Shown piece by piece: positions 1 through 11,687 of a DNA stretch of 64,000 bases. Each line of letters opens with the position of its first letter. Position 1 is the stretch's first letter. The notes beneath the pieces are model-generated. The model searched no databases. It saw only the letters and a list, made by a program, of their open reading frames with translations, and was not told where the DNA came from. The stretch lies in sequence record MZ444140.1; one strand, 5' to 3'. Position numbers and translations under genes: made by a program.

Positions 1-1716
<1,716 letters not shown>

Positions 1717-1719
1717 GGT

Positions 1720-1750
1720 CATAAGCCCTCCCCTAGGGGAGGGCATTATG
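1720..1750. terminator. Bidirectional palindrome, CATA/TATG-flanked family
   Basis: cataagccctcccctaggggagggcattatg between convergent genes. Confidence 0.75.
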
Positions 1751-1757
1751 TTGTATT

Positions 1758-3047
1758 TTACATTGCATAACCACGTTTAAAGTCATCGATGACTTTATCA
1801 AATCGACGCTGCCATTCGCGAATAGCATCATTGAAGCCATGGATCTTATAATCTTCACTAACTACTTGTGCACACTTACCATAATAGTTAAGTACGCAAC
1901 TAGCTGCTAGATATTGTGCTTGAGAATATTCAAACATCGTATCAGTAATACGACGCATACCTTCAAGGGAAGTGTTGATTAATTGAACAGACTCACCAAT
2001 AGCATCAATAGTTTCTTGACTATAATTACGTGATAGTTGCTTTAACTTACGTAGAGTATCACTGCTATTGCGATATGCTTTTAACAAATCATCAAGTGGT
2101 GCGACAAAACGATCTTTTAACAGATGTGAGTTTTTCCAGAAATTCTTATCAGGGAAATCTGGAATGCTTGAACGATCAGGATACACTGTAGATAGTTCAT
2201 TGCACCGGGTAGCTAGTTTACCAATCTCACGGATATTAGCGATAGGCATAAGTGCACGATAATCATCACCATTGTAATTAACATATTCAATGATAGTGCC
2301 AACTAGCTTTTCCATTGTACCTAGTTCAGTACGTGCTTCATTATTAATATTAATGATTTCTTTCTGGTAGTATACACTACCAAATGCAGCAGCATATACA
2401 CGACTAGCTAGGATTTTAGGATCATCAATGATTGATTGTGCAATTGCATCAAACTTTTCTAGTAATGCATCCTTTCGATTACCTAATCGATTTTTAACTA
2501 GTAACTCTTGAAAGAGAGTACGTGCTTGATCAACTGCCCGGACAATCTTTCCATAACGAGTTGCTACAACAACATCACGCTTCTTAAAATCACTAATCCA
2601 ACGCATCAGCTTAGCAAATAGTTCCATTAGTTTCTCAAACCAAGTCTTAAGAGTATTAATGATGGTAGCCATCACTGCCTCTTGAGAAATAGTCACATTA
2701 AGAGTACTACGGGTTGGTGTAAACATAGAAGCATATTGCTCAAGTGAAGCTACTGCTTTCTTAGGAGCTTCAAACCCTTCAGTGCTCATGCGCTTAACTA
2801 ATGCTCGAATACCATCAACATCTGGTTTTGATACGCCTTCAAGTTTAGTGATTGCATAAATATCAGATAGCTGATGAATCGCTTCGACAGCTACACACAT
2901 CTTAGCTAAAATTTCAGGAGCCGAGGCACTTGAAACAGTCTCTTCTTCGCCTTCAACCATCTCTGGTTGGTTCTCATCAAAGAAAAGTTTTTCCTCTTCG
3001 ACATCTACTTCTTTAACATGAGACATGGGTTTAACCTCACTCATCAA
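1758..3047 (-). CDS. Internal head / minor capsid protein (gp86-like)
   Basis: 429 aa, acidic N-terminal propeptide with S-x-E motifs (MSTEG, ASLEQ, ISQEA) typical of prohead protease-processed phiKZ head proteins; synteny. Confidence 0.7.
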   Translation of the reverse strand: MMSEVKPMSHVKEVDVEEEKLFFDENQPEMVEGEEETVSSASAPEILAKMCVAVEAIHQLSDIYAITKLEGVSKPDVDGIRALVKRMSTEGFEAPKKAVASLEQYASMFTPTRSTLNVTISQEAVMATIINTLKTWFEKLMELFAKLMRWISDFKKRDVVVATRYGKIVRAVDQARTLFQELLVKNRLGNRKDALLEKFDAIAQSIIDDPKILASRVYAAAFGSVYYQKEIININNEARTELGTMEKLVGTIIEYVNYNGDDYRALMPIANIREIGKLATRCNELSTVYPDRSSIPDFPDKNFWKNSHLLKDRFVAPLDDLLKAYRNSSDTLRKLKQLSRNYSQETIDAIGESVQLINTSLEGMRRITDTMFEYSQAQYLAASCVLNYYGKCAQVVSEDYKIHGFNDAIREWQRRFDKVIDDFKRGYAM

Positions 3048-3486
3048 TACTACCGATTAATTGATTTAATGCATTACCCATGTCTGCTTGGATACGGTTA
3101 TAATCTGGGCCATTAACAACGGCAGAGACAATATTGATATCATCGACAGTTAGATAATCATTAGCGGTATCAGATGTCAGTACAGCTTTGACAAGACATG
3201 GATCAGTAATACCGTTGATAAGACTTTGGCGAATGCGAAGAATATTGTTAAAATATGTTACGGCTAGTTTAGTATCAACTGCAATATTCTCATTAACTTT
3301 ACTTAAGATTTTCTTAAATTTAGCAACAGCTTTATCCTGTTGTTCATTGAAATCAAGTAAAATCTCAAATGGAATCTGTAATGCCACCGCATTAGCTAGG
3401 AGCATTGCGCGGGTTTTACGATCAGAACCACCTAAGTTAGGCAGTTGCTTTAGAATACGGGAAAGTTCAAAACCTAATTGTTGCAT
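3037..3486 (-). CDS. Virion structural protein (gp85-like)
   Basis: 149 aa ORF, overlapping-coupled to the gp86-like gene; synteny. Confidence 0.6.
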   Translation of the reverse strand: MQQLGFELSRILKQLPNLGGSDRKTRAMLLANAVALQIPFEILLDFNEQQDKAVAKFKKILSKVNENIAVDTKLAVTYFNNILRIRQSLINGITDPCLVKAVLTSDTANDYLTVDDINIVSAVVNGPDYNRIQADMGNALNQLIGSIDE

Positions 3487-3497
3487 GATTTTTCTCT

Positions 3498-4739
3498 CTA
3501 TTTAGTTAAGCGGTAGGCTCTTACAAATAAGTCATTATTTAATAGACTTTCTAAAGTATCTTCTAATTCAGTAGCCCGTTTATCTTTACGACGCTGGGGA
3601 CTAAGGAAATCTAAAATTTTATCAAAAATGGTCCACTCATTAGCTAAATCATTTATCAATGAATCAATTACTTTAATGTCATCATCAATTCCTGGTTTTA
3701 GTGATGAGTCCTTTACCCATTTAAGTTGTGCTACTAGATCTTGTTTAATTTTCATTAAACGTTGTCGTTGTTTGTCATAACGTGAACTAATTGGATCATA
3801 TCCAACTTTTAAATTACCGGCAATGATACCTAGTGTAACAGGTAAACCAATGATCATAAATAGACCTTTGAATACCTCAGCAGTAATATGGCTAGAAACA
3901 GATTTATATTCACGGTCATTATAATACCGACCTGATTTAGTTAATGCCGTTGCCAGTGGCCTTCCATAACCTAATCGAGTGGCGAATAAATCAGCTAATT
4001 GTTCATCGCGTTTACGTGATTGAACATCACCAGTTAAATGCGGACGTTGCGCTTTCTTAAATGATGATAGAATGACTTTACGAATATTTCCTTCAGTCCT
4101 ATCATTAGCAAACTTCTCATAATCGGCTGGATCAACGTTTTTCTTTAACCATGTTTCATCCAATAATTGAATCTTATACTTATTAGCTTTCCTACCCTGT
4201 AAGATAAGTATACCTTCAGTAAGTGCATAGTTAAGATAGACGTAGTCACCCATTGTAGCCAGTGTTTCCCAACAATGCCCAATTTCATGTAATGTAATGG
4301 CAGTAGCTTCTGCTATACTAACACGGTTAATAGCCGATAATAAACCAATAGATAAACCGACCTTGTATTTAAAAGTTGAAACAGCCTCACCCGTAACTTT
4401 TAAATTTGTTAAATCAATATTAATGAATGTATTGACACCTTGCTCAGTTGCTAAAGTAACTCGATTAATATTGTCAAATTTACTACCAGTATGTCCAACT
4501 GTAAAGGATGTGTATGCACCACCCATTATACCCTGATCATCCAGGTGTGTAAACTCTATATTCATATTGAGGATCTTAGAAACATCATCACTCAGTGACC
4601 TAAAATCATTAATATCTATTCTCTGTTGATTATCTAATTTATCACGAATCTTGGTTAGATGTTCTTCGATCAATGGACCTAAGTCACGCTTAACATTCAC
4701 ATCTAACACTTCATTAGAGATTTCTATCGTATGTAGCAT
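3498..4739 (-). CDS. Virion protein with zincin metallopeptidase motif (gp84-like)
   Basis: 413 aa; TLHEIGHCW (HExxH) and downstream DEQLADLFA (ExxAD). Confidence 0.65.
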   Translation of the reverse strand: MLHTIEISNEVLDVNVKRDLGPLIEEHLTKIRDKLDNQQRIDINDFRSLSDDVSKILNMNIEFTHLDDQGIMGGAYTSFTVGHTGSKFDNINRVTLATEQGVNTFINIDLTNLKVTGEAVSTFKYKVGLSIGLLSAINRVSIAEATAITLHEIGHCWETLATMGDYVYLNYALTEGILILQGRKANKYKIQLLDETWLKKNVDPADYEKFANDRTEGNIRKVILSSFKKAQRPHLTGDVQSRKRDEQLADLFATRLGYGRPLATALTKSGRYYNDREYKSVSSHITAEVFKGLFMIIGLPVTLGIIAGNLKVGYDPISSRYDKQRQRLMKIKQDLVAQLKWVKDSSLKPGIDDDIKVIDSLINDLANEWTIFDKILDFLSPQRRKDKRATELEDTLESLLNNDLFVRAYRLTK

Positions 4740-4840
4740 TTTATATCTCTACCAGTATTAATTTATAATCATAAAGATAAGGCTGCGTTGTATAGAATTC
4801 AATCTTATGCACTACGTATTATAAAAGAGGCGCACACAAA

Positions 4841-6355
4841 ATGTTTGAGTTATTGTTGTCTTCTGGACTAACAAATACGCCTATATATTCCGATCCTTAT
4901 CCAGGTCCTAAAACACTGATAGCTGGGACAAGGGAATTAGGTTTGTATGGTGAAACAACATCTTCAGAATTATTTGGTTATGATGATGCAGCTAAATTAG
5001 TTAATATGACATTTGGAACAGTAACCAATGATGGACAACCATGGTTAAAGTTCTCTAATAAAAATGTTACTTGTTACATACCAAAGAAACCAGCTCGTAA
5101 ATCAATACAAAAATCACGGCTTAATAATGCCGGACTCCGTAATGGTGACTATGAAGTTAGATTTATGGGGAACATTTATAAATTTGGTTTATTAACAATG
5201 GCTGGTGCCACATCAGAATGGCAAAGGTTACTTTATAATGTTCACGTATCTAATTTAAATGGTGCTAACTGGCCTTATAAATTTACAGATAATGACTTAG
5301 GTATTAACCAAGCGGTCGCTGGTGGTATTAGCACTGATGGTACTACTAACTGGGGAAGAGACCCAGGTAGTGATCCAGTTAATGACCAGCTCTATCGTGG
5401 CTACTATGCGATTGATATAACTAGCTCGTCAAGTAGTGAAACGGGTGCTGCAACCCAAGGTTGGCGTCCAGTGGTTTATGCTAGTGGTACATATCCATTC
5501 GTTAAAGATAATGTTATTAAACTTACTGATTTTGAAACTGATAACGAAATGGCAGTAGGTGCCCAAATAGGTAACTTAGTCTATTATTACGGTGGTAAGA
5601 ATAATGCTAATACTGCTCTACGTACACTGAATTTAGTCACGGGTAAGTTAACAACATTACAACCAACTGGTACGCCTATAGCAGTTAAACAATGCTCGGC
5701 TGTTGCATTTAATGGTAAAGTATATTTCTATGGTGGTGAAAGTGCCACAGATGGTGTACTTACTAAAGATATGCAGTGTTATGATCCTGCAACTAATACA
5801 TGGGAAATAAAATCACCAGGCACGATAGCTTGCCGGTATGCACGTGGAACTAGTCTTAATGGGTTAATCTACATATTAGGTGCAGCTGATACAACTGCGA
5901 CAAATAATCGTGGATTTACATTAATGTACAATCCAACTACAGATACATATACCAGTGGTGCAGCATTTAATGATACTGGGGAATATACCCAAGATTATTC
6001 AGTGAGTATTTATAATAATAGCGTATGCGTTATTGGTGGTACGGTTGGTGCTGGTGTTAATACTGGAATCATATCGTACAATCAAACCAACAATAATTGG
6101 TCCAAACCAATAACTACAGGTATACCTCTTGGTGCAGCTATTAATATACGCCCATCTGGTGAACTTTATGTAATCGCTGGTGAAAATCAAAATAACGCAC
6201 CAATTAAGTATTATGAACCACGATTAGCACGATGGATAAATTTAGGTAATTTAGAAACTGGTTTAGTGGATGCAGGTTTTGCCAATACGTTTAATAATGA
6301 CGGTAAGATTTATGTTCTAAACGGTAATCAGAATTTAAAATACCAAATTAGTTAA
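4841..6355 (+). CDS. Kelch/beta-propeller virion protein (gp83-like)
   Basis: About six kelch-like repeats (LVYYYGG, VYFYGG, LIYILGA, VCVIGG, LYVIAG, IYVLNG); N-terminal GPKTLIAG...LGLYGE segment typical of the phiKZ tail-associated paralog family. Confidence 0.75.
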   Translation: MFELLLSSGLTNTPIYSDPYPGPKTLIAGTRELGLYGETTSSELFGYDDAAKLVNMTFGTVTNDGQPWLKFSNKNVTCYIPKKPARKSIQKSRLNNAGLRNGDYEVRFMGNIYKFGLLTMAGATSEWQRLLYNVHVSNLNGANWPYKFTDNDLGINQAVAGGISTDGTTNWGRDPGSDPVNDQLYRGYYAIDITSSSSSETGAATQGWRPVVYASGTYPFVKDNVIKLTDFETDNEMAVGAQIGNLVYYYGGKNNANTALRTLNLVTGKLTTLQPTGTPIAVKQCSAVAFNGKVYFYGGESATDGVLTKDMQCYDPATNTWEIKSPGTIACRYARGTSLNGLIYILGAADTTATNNRGFTLMYNPTTDTYTSGAAFNDTGEYTQDYSVSIYNNSVCVIGGTVGAGVNTGIISYNQTNNNWSKPITTGIPLGAAINIRPSGELYVIAGENQNNAPIKYYEPRLARWINLGNLETGLVDAGFANTFNNDGKIYVLNGNQNLKYQIS

Positions 6356-6359
6356 CGAA

Positions 6360-6390
6360 ATAAACCCTCCCGTAATGGGAGGGTTTTATG
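6360..6390. terminator. Bidirectional palindrome, CATA/TATG family
   Basis: ataaaccctcccgtaatgggagggttttatg between convergent genes. Confidence 0.75.
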
Positions 6391-6458
6391 ATGTGTCGAA
6401 GTTTATGTTAGCAGTAATGATCAATTGATAATATTTAATTAGGAATACCTTCCATTTT

Positions 6459-6827
6459 TTAATATCCTTCATTAAGTAGTTCTGCTAGAGCACGTGCCTG
6501 TGAAATATCAGTAGAAGCAAAAACATCAGAAAGATAGTTATCATGTTCTTTTGCATTCTGACGCAATTCATCCATTAGATGTTTATTAGATACCGCCCAT
6601 ACTTTCCACAGATTTTTATAATCATCATATTTGGGATTATACCCGTCTAGTGGTGGTTTTCCTTTACCAGCTTTCCAATGGTTGGAGTATATGCGATATC
6701 CTTTACAATCTAACTGCCAAGCTTCCTCAATTGTTCTGCCATCAGGAAGCCTTGCGTAAAGAGCCGAGAATCTTTTGTCACCAACAGATGAACATTCATA
6801 TCCTCCTCGGCGCTTCCACTGATATAT
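6459..6827 (-). CDS. NADAR-like protein (putative ADP-ribosyl glycohydrolase), missed by the ORF track; no ATG/GTG/TTG start
   Basis: 122 sense codons (IYQWKRRGGYECSSVGDKRFSALYARLPDGRTIEEAWQLDCKGY...SQARALAELLNEGY); first codon ATA overlaps the polymerase stop (TAATA). Motif order FSALY / TIEEAWQ..K / WKAGKG / LSDVFAS resembles NADAR domains. ORF is well supported; function is inferred. Confidence 0.6.
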   Translation of the reverse strand: MYQWKRRGGYECSSVGDKRFSALYARLPDGRTIEEAWQLDCKGYRIYSNHWKAGKGKPPLDGYNPKYDDYKNLWKVWAVSNKHLMDELRQNAKEHDNYLSDVFASTDISQARALAELLNEGY

Positions 6828-8743
6828 TACTTTGGGTTCTTATAGGTATTAATAAACTTCTCTAGCAGGGTGTCCATTTTAGGAGCACCCATGATCTTCT
6901 GTGTGATTTCAATAGCATTAACCCTACCACCTGTTAAGTTTACGCCAACTTCACGGCGATGGTGTTCACTAATTCCTTCCATCATTGAGAATTCCATCAC
7001 ACATGTTTCACGTGCAATATTTAGAATCTGACTAACGTTAGGATATGTCGACACGATGTCAAGGTCGGCGATATGACAGAAGATTAAGGTTTTATAATTC
7101 GGTAAATCTTTAACACACTGCAATCCATTTGGACCTGCCATGTATGATGGTAGTGTAACAATCCAATCATTATGGCCAATAACATATTGATCAAGTTCAT
7201 GCACCATCTGATCTGAACTTGAACCAATGACACATGGCTCTGGTCTATTCAAATACCAGAAGTGCATATCGTCACATAGTCGTTTTGGGTTAGAACTAAA
7301 GTTCTTATAGTCAGATGCCTTAGAGAATAGACTTATAGAGCGACCAAGGTCATTTACTTGTTCATCAAGTTGTTCTAGTCGAATGGAGTCGATGATGTTA
7401 TAAAGACCATATTTGATTTTATGCTTAGTCTGCATCTCACGGTGCCAATCGATACCACCAAGATGTGCAGTTTCTTTAAAGGTTAACTTACCAAATTCCA
7501 TTACATATCTAATAGAATCACCATAGGTAAAGTTATCATTTAATATAAAATCATCCACCGGTACCCATTCATTACTACCTACATTTTTAATATATTTAGT
7601 AATAATGCCGCCTGGTCGGTCAACTAGTTGTTTATTAAAACCTTCAATAAAATCTTCTAAGTCCTTATCATTTTTAATGGTCGTGGATTTATCGATGTTT
7701 AGTTCTTTTCTAAGAATAGACTCTAACCGATAGTTAGGATCACGTCCTTTAGCTAATCGAGTTACTCGATAAGTTGACATAGAATCGATACATTGAAAAC
7801 TAGAGGGTGCTGTAATCCAATGCCATTGATCCTCCGGTCCTTTAGATTTAGTGACCCCAGATGCAGTGGTGGTCATAGGTTCATCAATCTTAAAATGGAA
7901 ATACCTATAATTCTTAGGTACCGATGGATCAGAAAAAACATCAGCTGGATTAACACCATAGTGTTCTAATGTTTTTAAGATTCTACCAATGTCGAAGCTA
8001 ATATTCCAGAATGCGAAGAAATCTGGTTTCCAGGTATGTAGTCGTTTAAAACATTCAATAATAATATCTACTGGTGTTTCAACAACCATTACTTCAATAT
8101 CTAGACCACGTTCTTTAATTAGATGTGATAATACCTCTTCTTTTTGTGCTTGTTCTAATGTCTCTTTCACTGGATCTTCAATATCACTAACCCATCGTTT
8201 TAAATAGGCTAAGAAAGCTTTGTTCTTATGTGTAACTGACATACAGATAATCTGACCATCGTTCTCAGCTTCATAAACGTTGGTTTCGATGTCACCGCCA
8301 GCAACAGTGTTTAGAGAGATTAGACCAGGATAACGTTCTTGATAATCATGCTTCAGATAACAGGTTGAACTAACATCACTGCCATATAGGTAAGGACTAC
8401 GCGCTAGTTGACGAAGAGATCTAGCCGAATAGTCACCTAGGATTTTACTAATCTTACGTTTCATGTCAATTTGAGTTGACATGTATTTAACTAAGTTACG
8501 CTCATATTCGTAATCTTTCTTTTCTTTATGGTTACGCATTCCTTTTGAGGTAATCCAAAAAGGACGCTGGTAGTTTTCCCACATCCTTAAATTATTTGCA
8601 GTTGTACCATCTTCAAAATGAATTCGTTCTTTAACGAAATGCGCATCTGTAAACTTACCAAATTGATCAGTACAATAAGTAATATGTTTGGCTTCAATGC
8701 CCTTAATCTTTTTCTTATTTGTAACCTGTTGTTCATTAGACAT
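6827..8743 (-). CDS. Family B DNA polymerase, exonuclease plus palm motif A subunit (gp82-like)
   Basis: ExoI GGDIETN, ExoII FWNISFDI, ExoIII YNIIDS, motif A DLDIVSTYPN. Confidence 0.85.
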   Translation of the reverse strand: MSNEQQVTNKKKIKGIEAKHITYCTDQFGKFTDAHFVKERIHFEDGTTANNLRMWENYQRPFWITSKGMRNHKEKKDYEYERNLVKYMSTQIDMKRKISKILGDYSARSLRQLARSPYLYGSDVSSTCYLKHDYQERYPGLISLNTVAGGDIETNVYEAENDGQIICMSVTHKNKAFLAYLKRWVSDIEDPVKETLEQAQKEEVLSHLIKERGLDIEVMVVETPVDIIIECFKRLHTWKPDFFAFWNISFDIGRILKTLEHYGVNPADVFSDPSVPKNYRYFHFKIDEPMTTTASGVTKSKGPEDQWHWITAPSSFQCIDSMSTYRVTRLAKGRDPNYRLESILRKELNIDKSTTIKNDKDLEDFIEGFNKQLVDRPGGIITKYIKNVGSNEWVPVDDFILNDNFTYGDSIRYVMEFGKLTFKETAHLGGIDWHREMQTKHKIKYGLYNIIDSIRLEQLDEQVNDLGRSISLFSKASDYKNFSSNPKRLCDDMHFWYLNRPEPCVIGSSSDQMVHELDQYVIGHNDWIVTLPSYMAGPNGLQCVKDLPNYKTLIFCHIADLDIVSTYPNVSQILNIARETCVMEFSMMEGISEHHRREVGVNLTGGRVNAIEITQKIMGAPKMDTLLEKFINTYKNPK

Positions 8744-8809
8744 TGCTATAACCTCAGCACATATTGATATTTATCTACGTACTATATTAGTGCCTAGTAA
8801 AAGTAATAA

Positions 8810-8845
8810 TCAGCATAAAGCCTCCCCTAGGGGAGGCAATATGTT
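8810..8845. repeat. 36-bp palindromic terminator element, exact copy at 56332..56367
   Basis: tcagcataaagcctcccctaggggaggcaatatgtt at both loci. Confidence 0.9.
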
Positions 8846-10266
8846 TACATACCAGCTTTCTGCCGGAAGAAGTGTAGAACGAGTTGCCGCTTACCTTCAG
8901 GGATGAAACGTGCAAGATAGTTAATATCTACCTGATAAAGCGCATCTGATACATCACTAGTAAATAGGCAGAATAGAGTAAGAAGATTAATGTGTGCTTC
9001 TTGACGGTTATTCTGAGTAGGTAGAGTAGCAACAAAGCGAAGTGCGTTAGATTCACTAAATAGAGTATTACGATTTTTCTTAACGAAATCAAAGATAATA
9101 TCCATGCCTGATTTAAAGCCTTCAATATCTTCGATTGTCATTACGTAGTTGAATACATCATCTAGTTTCTTTTGTGCATCGCCACCACGTTCGATAGTGA
9201 TATAGTCACCAGGTTTAGCACCAGTGGCAAACTGCTCTAGACGAGATTCGATAAATACTTGGTTCATTTTGGTCATACCTTTACGAAGTACAGGTTCATT
9301 AGATGTTGATTCACTATTCAAGATTTTAACTTCCCCGGTTGGTTTAATATCATCTTTACCAGAGAATACTTTCCATTGTTCAACAATAGTTTCAATATCT
9401 TGACTAGTGGTAGGTAAGAATAAACGATCGCGTAACTCAATAGCAATTTTAAAATCTTTTATCAGATTACTATTTTTAATAAGTCCTTCAGCCCAGTCTT
9501 CAAGCTCTGCTGTCGTCCAATCGGTAGGTGGAGCATTATCACGAATAACACTATTAACCCAACTACCACGTAGTGTTTTTGGTGGAGTAATACCTTGTTT
9601 AACAAAATCAACCACTTCTTGGGTAGACCAATCTAGTGGAATATCACTAGTGTGAATACGCAGTTGCTTGACTAATTCTTCAAGCTTGATACTGTCTTCA
9701 GTATTGCGAATATCTTGTTTCAGAGTATCTTCATTAACTACCGGTACAATTACTTCTTCAGTAGTCTCATTCTCTTTAGCCCTTTTAGTTAAAATATCAT
9801 CAGCAATATCTGCGATATCATTAACTACACCAGTTAGACGATGGTTAGCAGCATCGATTAGTTCATCATCTGACCATTCATCATAAGGACGATATTTACG
9901 GGTTGGGTCAAATACAAAGCTACCGAGTTCAGTTTTACCTTTAGCAATGCCATCATTGGTAAACCATTCAATGACATTTTCATCTGTCCATGTTTCAGGA
10001 ATATCATAGCCAGTACGCAGTGCATCTACGTTAACTTTAGCTAATTCTGAAGTATCGTTAACTGCATTAACTGATGAATTAATATCATCTGCTGTAGCAT
10101 ATACTTCCTCAGGAGATACTAATTCAATATTTGTTAATCCTCGACCAATTTCAGAAGTTGGCTTTTCTTCAGTTTCTTCTGATAAAACTTCGTCTTTGAC
10201 AATGGGTTTTTCAGGTAAACGATTGAGTTGAGGAAACTTTCCAAATCGTTGATTCTTTTTAGACAT
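8845..10266 (-). CDS. Conserved hypothetical protein with internal tandem repeat (gp81-like)
   Basis: 473 aa; repeat of about 65 aa (aa 80-146 and 199-263). Confidence 0.75.
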   Translation of the reverse strand: MSKKNQRFGKFPQLNRLPEKPIVKDEVLSEETEEKPTSEIGRGLTNIELVSPEEVYATADDINSSVNAVNDTSELAKVNVDALRTGYDIPETWTDENVIEWFTNDGIAKGKTELGSFVFDPTRKYRPYDEWSDDELIDAANHRLTGVVNDIADIADDILTKRAKENETTEEVIVPVVNEDTLKQDIRNTEDSIKLEELVKQLRIHTSDIPLDWSTQEVVDFVKQGITPPKTLRGSWVNSVIRDNAPPTDWTTAELEDWAEGLIKNSNLIKDFKIAIELRDRLFLPTTSQDIETIVEQWKVFSGKDDIKPTGEVKILNSESTSNEPVLRKGMTKMNQVFIESRLEQFATGAKPGDYITIERGGDAQKKLDDVFNYVMTIEDIEGFKSGMDIIFDFVKKNRNTLFSESNALRFVATLPTQNNRQEAHINLLTLFCLFTSDVSDALYQVDINYLARFIPEGKRQLVLHFFRQKAGM

Positions 10267-10328
10267 TACTAGTTCCTTTCTGGTTATAATCTAAATAATG
10301 GAGAAGCTGAGTAACTTCTCCATCTATT

Positions 10329-11687
10329 TTAACTGATGCGATCGCGATAAGACCATTTAACAGTCTTAAGAACAGCACTGTGCATTTTAGACATGAAGAT
10401 GGATAGGAATCGACCACCAACACCTGCCGCTGCTGCTGGGATGCCATTAGGGTTCTCTGACATTTGTTTACCCATACAGACAGCGCATACGTTCTTACCT
10501 CTACCTATTACACCATTAGCTGGATCACCACCGGCCTTACATGTCATTGGACCACGTAGTTCAATCTCAGTGCCAACTAGTTCATCAATGTTAGTTTCTT
10601 CAATAAGGATAGATTTCCCATTCTTAACATAAGACAAGCCAATGAAATCTTTCTTATTAAATTGGTGAACAGTAGTTGGAATACCTATCCATGTGTTGCA
10701 GTCTTCCATAATAATCCTGACTGTACCAACCATTCGATAAATCGTTTTAGTTGACTCACCGCCAAGGGCTGTTTGTGCACCACGGTTATATGAGCCATAA
10801 CGTAATGAGTTATTCATTACTGGCATATGGTCAGTGTCAATGCCTTCTTCCAATGATTTACCGATATATTCAACTGACGTACCATCTTGGAATGGCGCTT
10901 CCCCACCAAACATACCAAATACTTTCTTACGCACGCCACCAAATAATTTACTATGTTTAGTGTCATAGAACTCATAAGAAGGATCGTCTTTTAGATAGTC
11001 CTCATCTAGCTTGATTAATGCATTACCCATCTCTGCAATAACAGCCGGATCATCTAACCGATCTTTATATTTCTCTTCTAGTTCTTTGCGTAACTTATCT
11101 CTGTCTGGTGCAGAGGTCATTGATTTCTCAGTAATGGATGTTACCAAGGTACTAGCATATGCTGGCAATGCTAAACAATGATCTGCAAACATCCGATATT
11201 GCCATACATATAACTTACCATCAGTTGCACGCGGTGGATTATCATCATCAATTGGATCATCGATCATGCGGTTAAGAATTTCTTTCTCAACTTTACCAAT
11301 ATCGAAATAACCAGATTGGAATGGGAACAGATCACCGAAAGGTAAACATAATACTAAATGGTTAACAAAAACGTTACCATAAGTTGTTCTTAATGCACCT
11401 GGTCCTTTATAGTTTTCAATTTCACCAGGTTGTAAAATGAATTCATCTCGAAATGCTAATGGTTGTTTACCTTCAATATAATCGTCGATATAAACAACTT
11501 CATCATTAGAATCGCCTTCTTTATAGAAGAACATTTTACCATCTTTGAAATAGGGCTTGTATAGATATTCACCACCATCATTTGGGTTATAAACGATATT
11601 AAATAAAACGTTAACCCATGCTCGTTTCTTATCTAATCCAGCATTGATACCCATTAGAAAATAATCACGTAATTTCATTAGTATCAC
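10329..11687 (-). CDS. rpoC: Virion RNA polymerase beta-prime C-terminal subunit (gp80-like)
   Basis: RpoC-like TALGGESTK, MEDC..WIG, LRGPMTC, and Zn motif VCAVCMG; ends AVLKTV like the beta-prime trigger-loop region. Confidence 0.85.
   Translation of the reverse strand: MILMKLRDYFLMGINAGLDKKRAWVNVLFNIVYNPNDGGEYLYKPYFKDGKMFFYKEGDSNDEVVYIDDYIEGKQPLAFRDEFILQPGEIENYKGPGALRTTYGNVFVNHLVLCLPFGDLFPFQSGYFDIGKVEKEILNRMIDDPIDDDNPPRATDGKLYVWQYRMFADHCLALPAYASTLVTSITEKSMTSAPDRDKLRKELEEKYKDRLDDPAVIAEMGNALIKLDEDYLKDDPSYEFYDTKHSKLFGGVRKKVFGMFGGEAPFQDGTSVEYIGKSLEEGIDTDHMPVMNNSLRYGSYNRGAQTALGGESTKTIYRMVGTVRIIMEDCNTWIGIPTTVHQFNKKDFIGLSYVKNGKSILIEETNIDELVGTEIELRGPMTCKAGGDPANGVIGRGKNVCAVCMGKQMSENPNGIPAAAAGVGGRFLSIFMSKMHSAVLKTVKWSYRDRIS

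Noticed and set aside
4800-4840. Late promoter calls at TATG tetramers upstream of + strand genes
   Set aside because: TATG is too frequent in AT-rich DNA to localise without start-site data.
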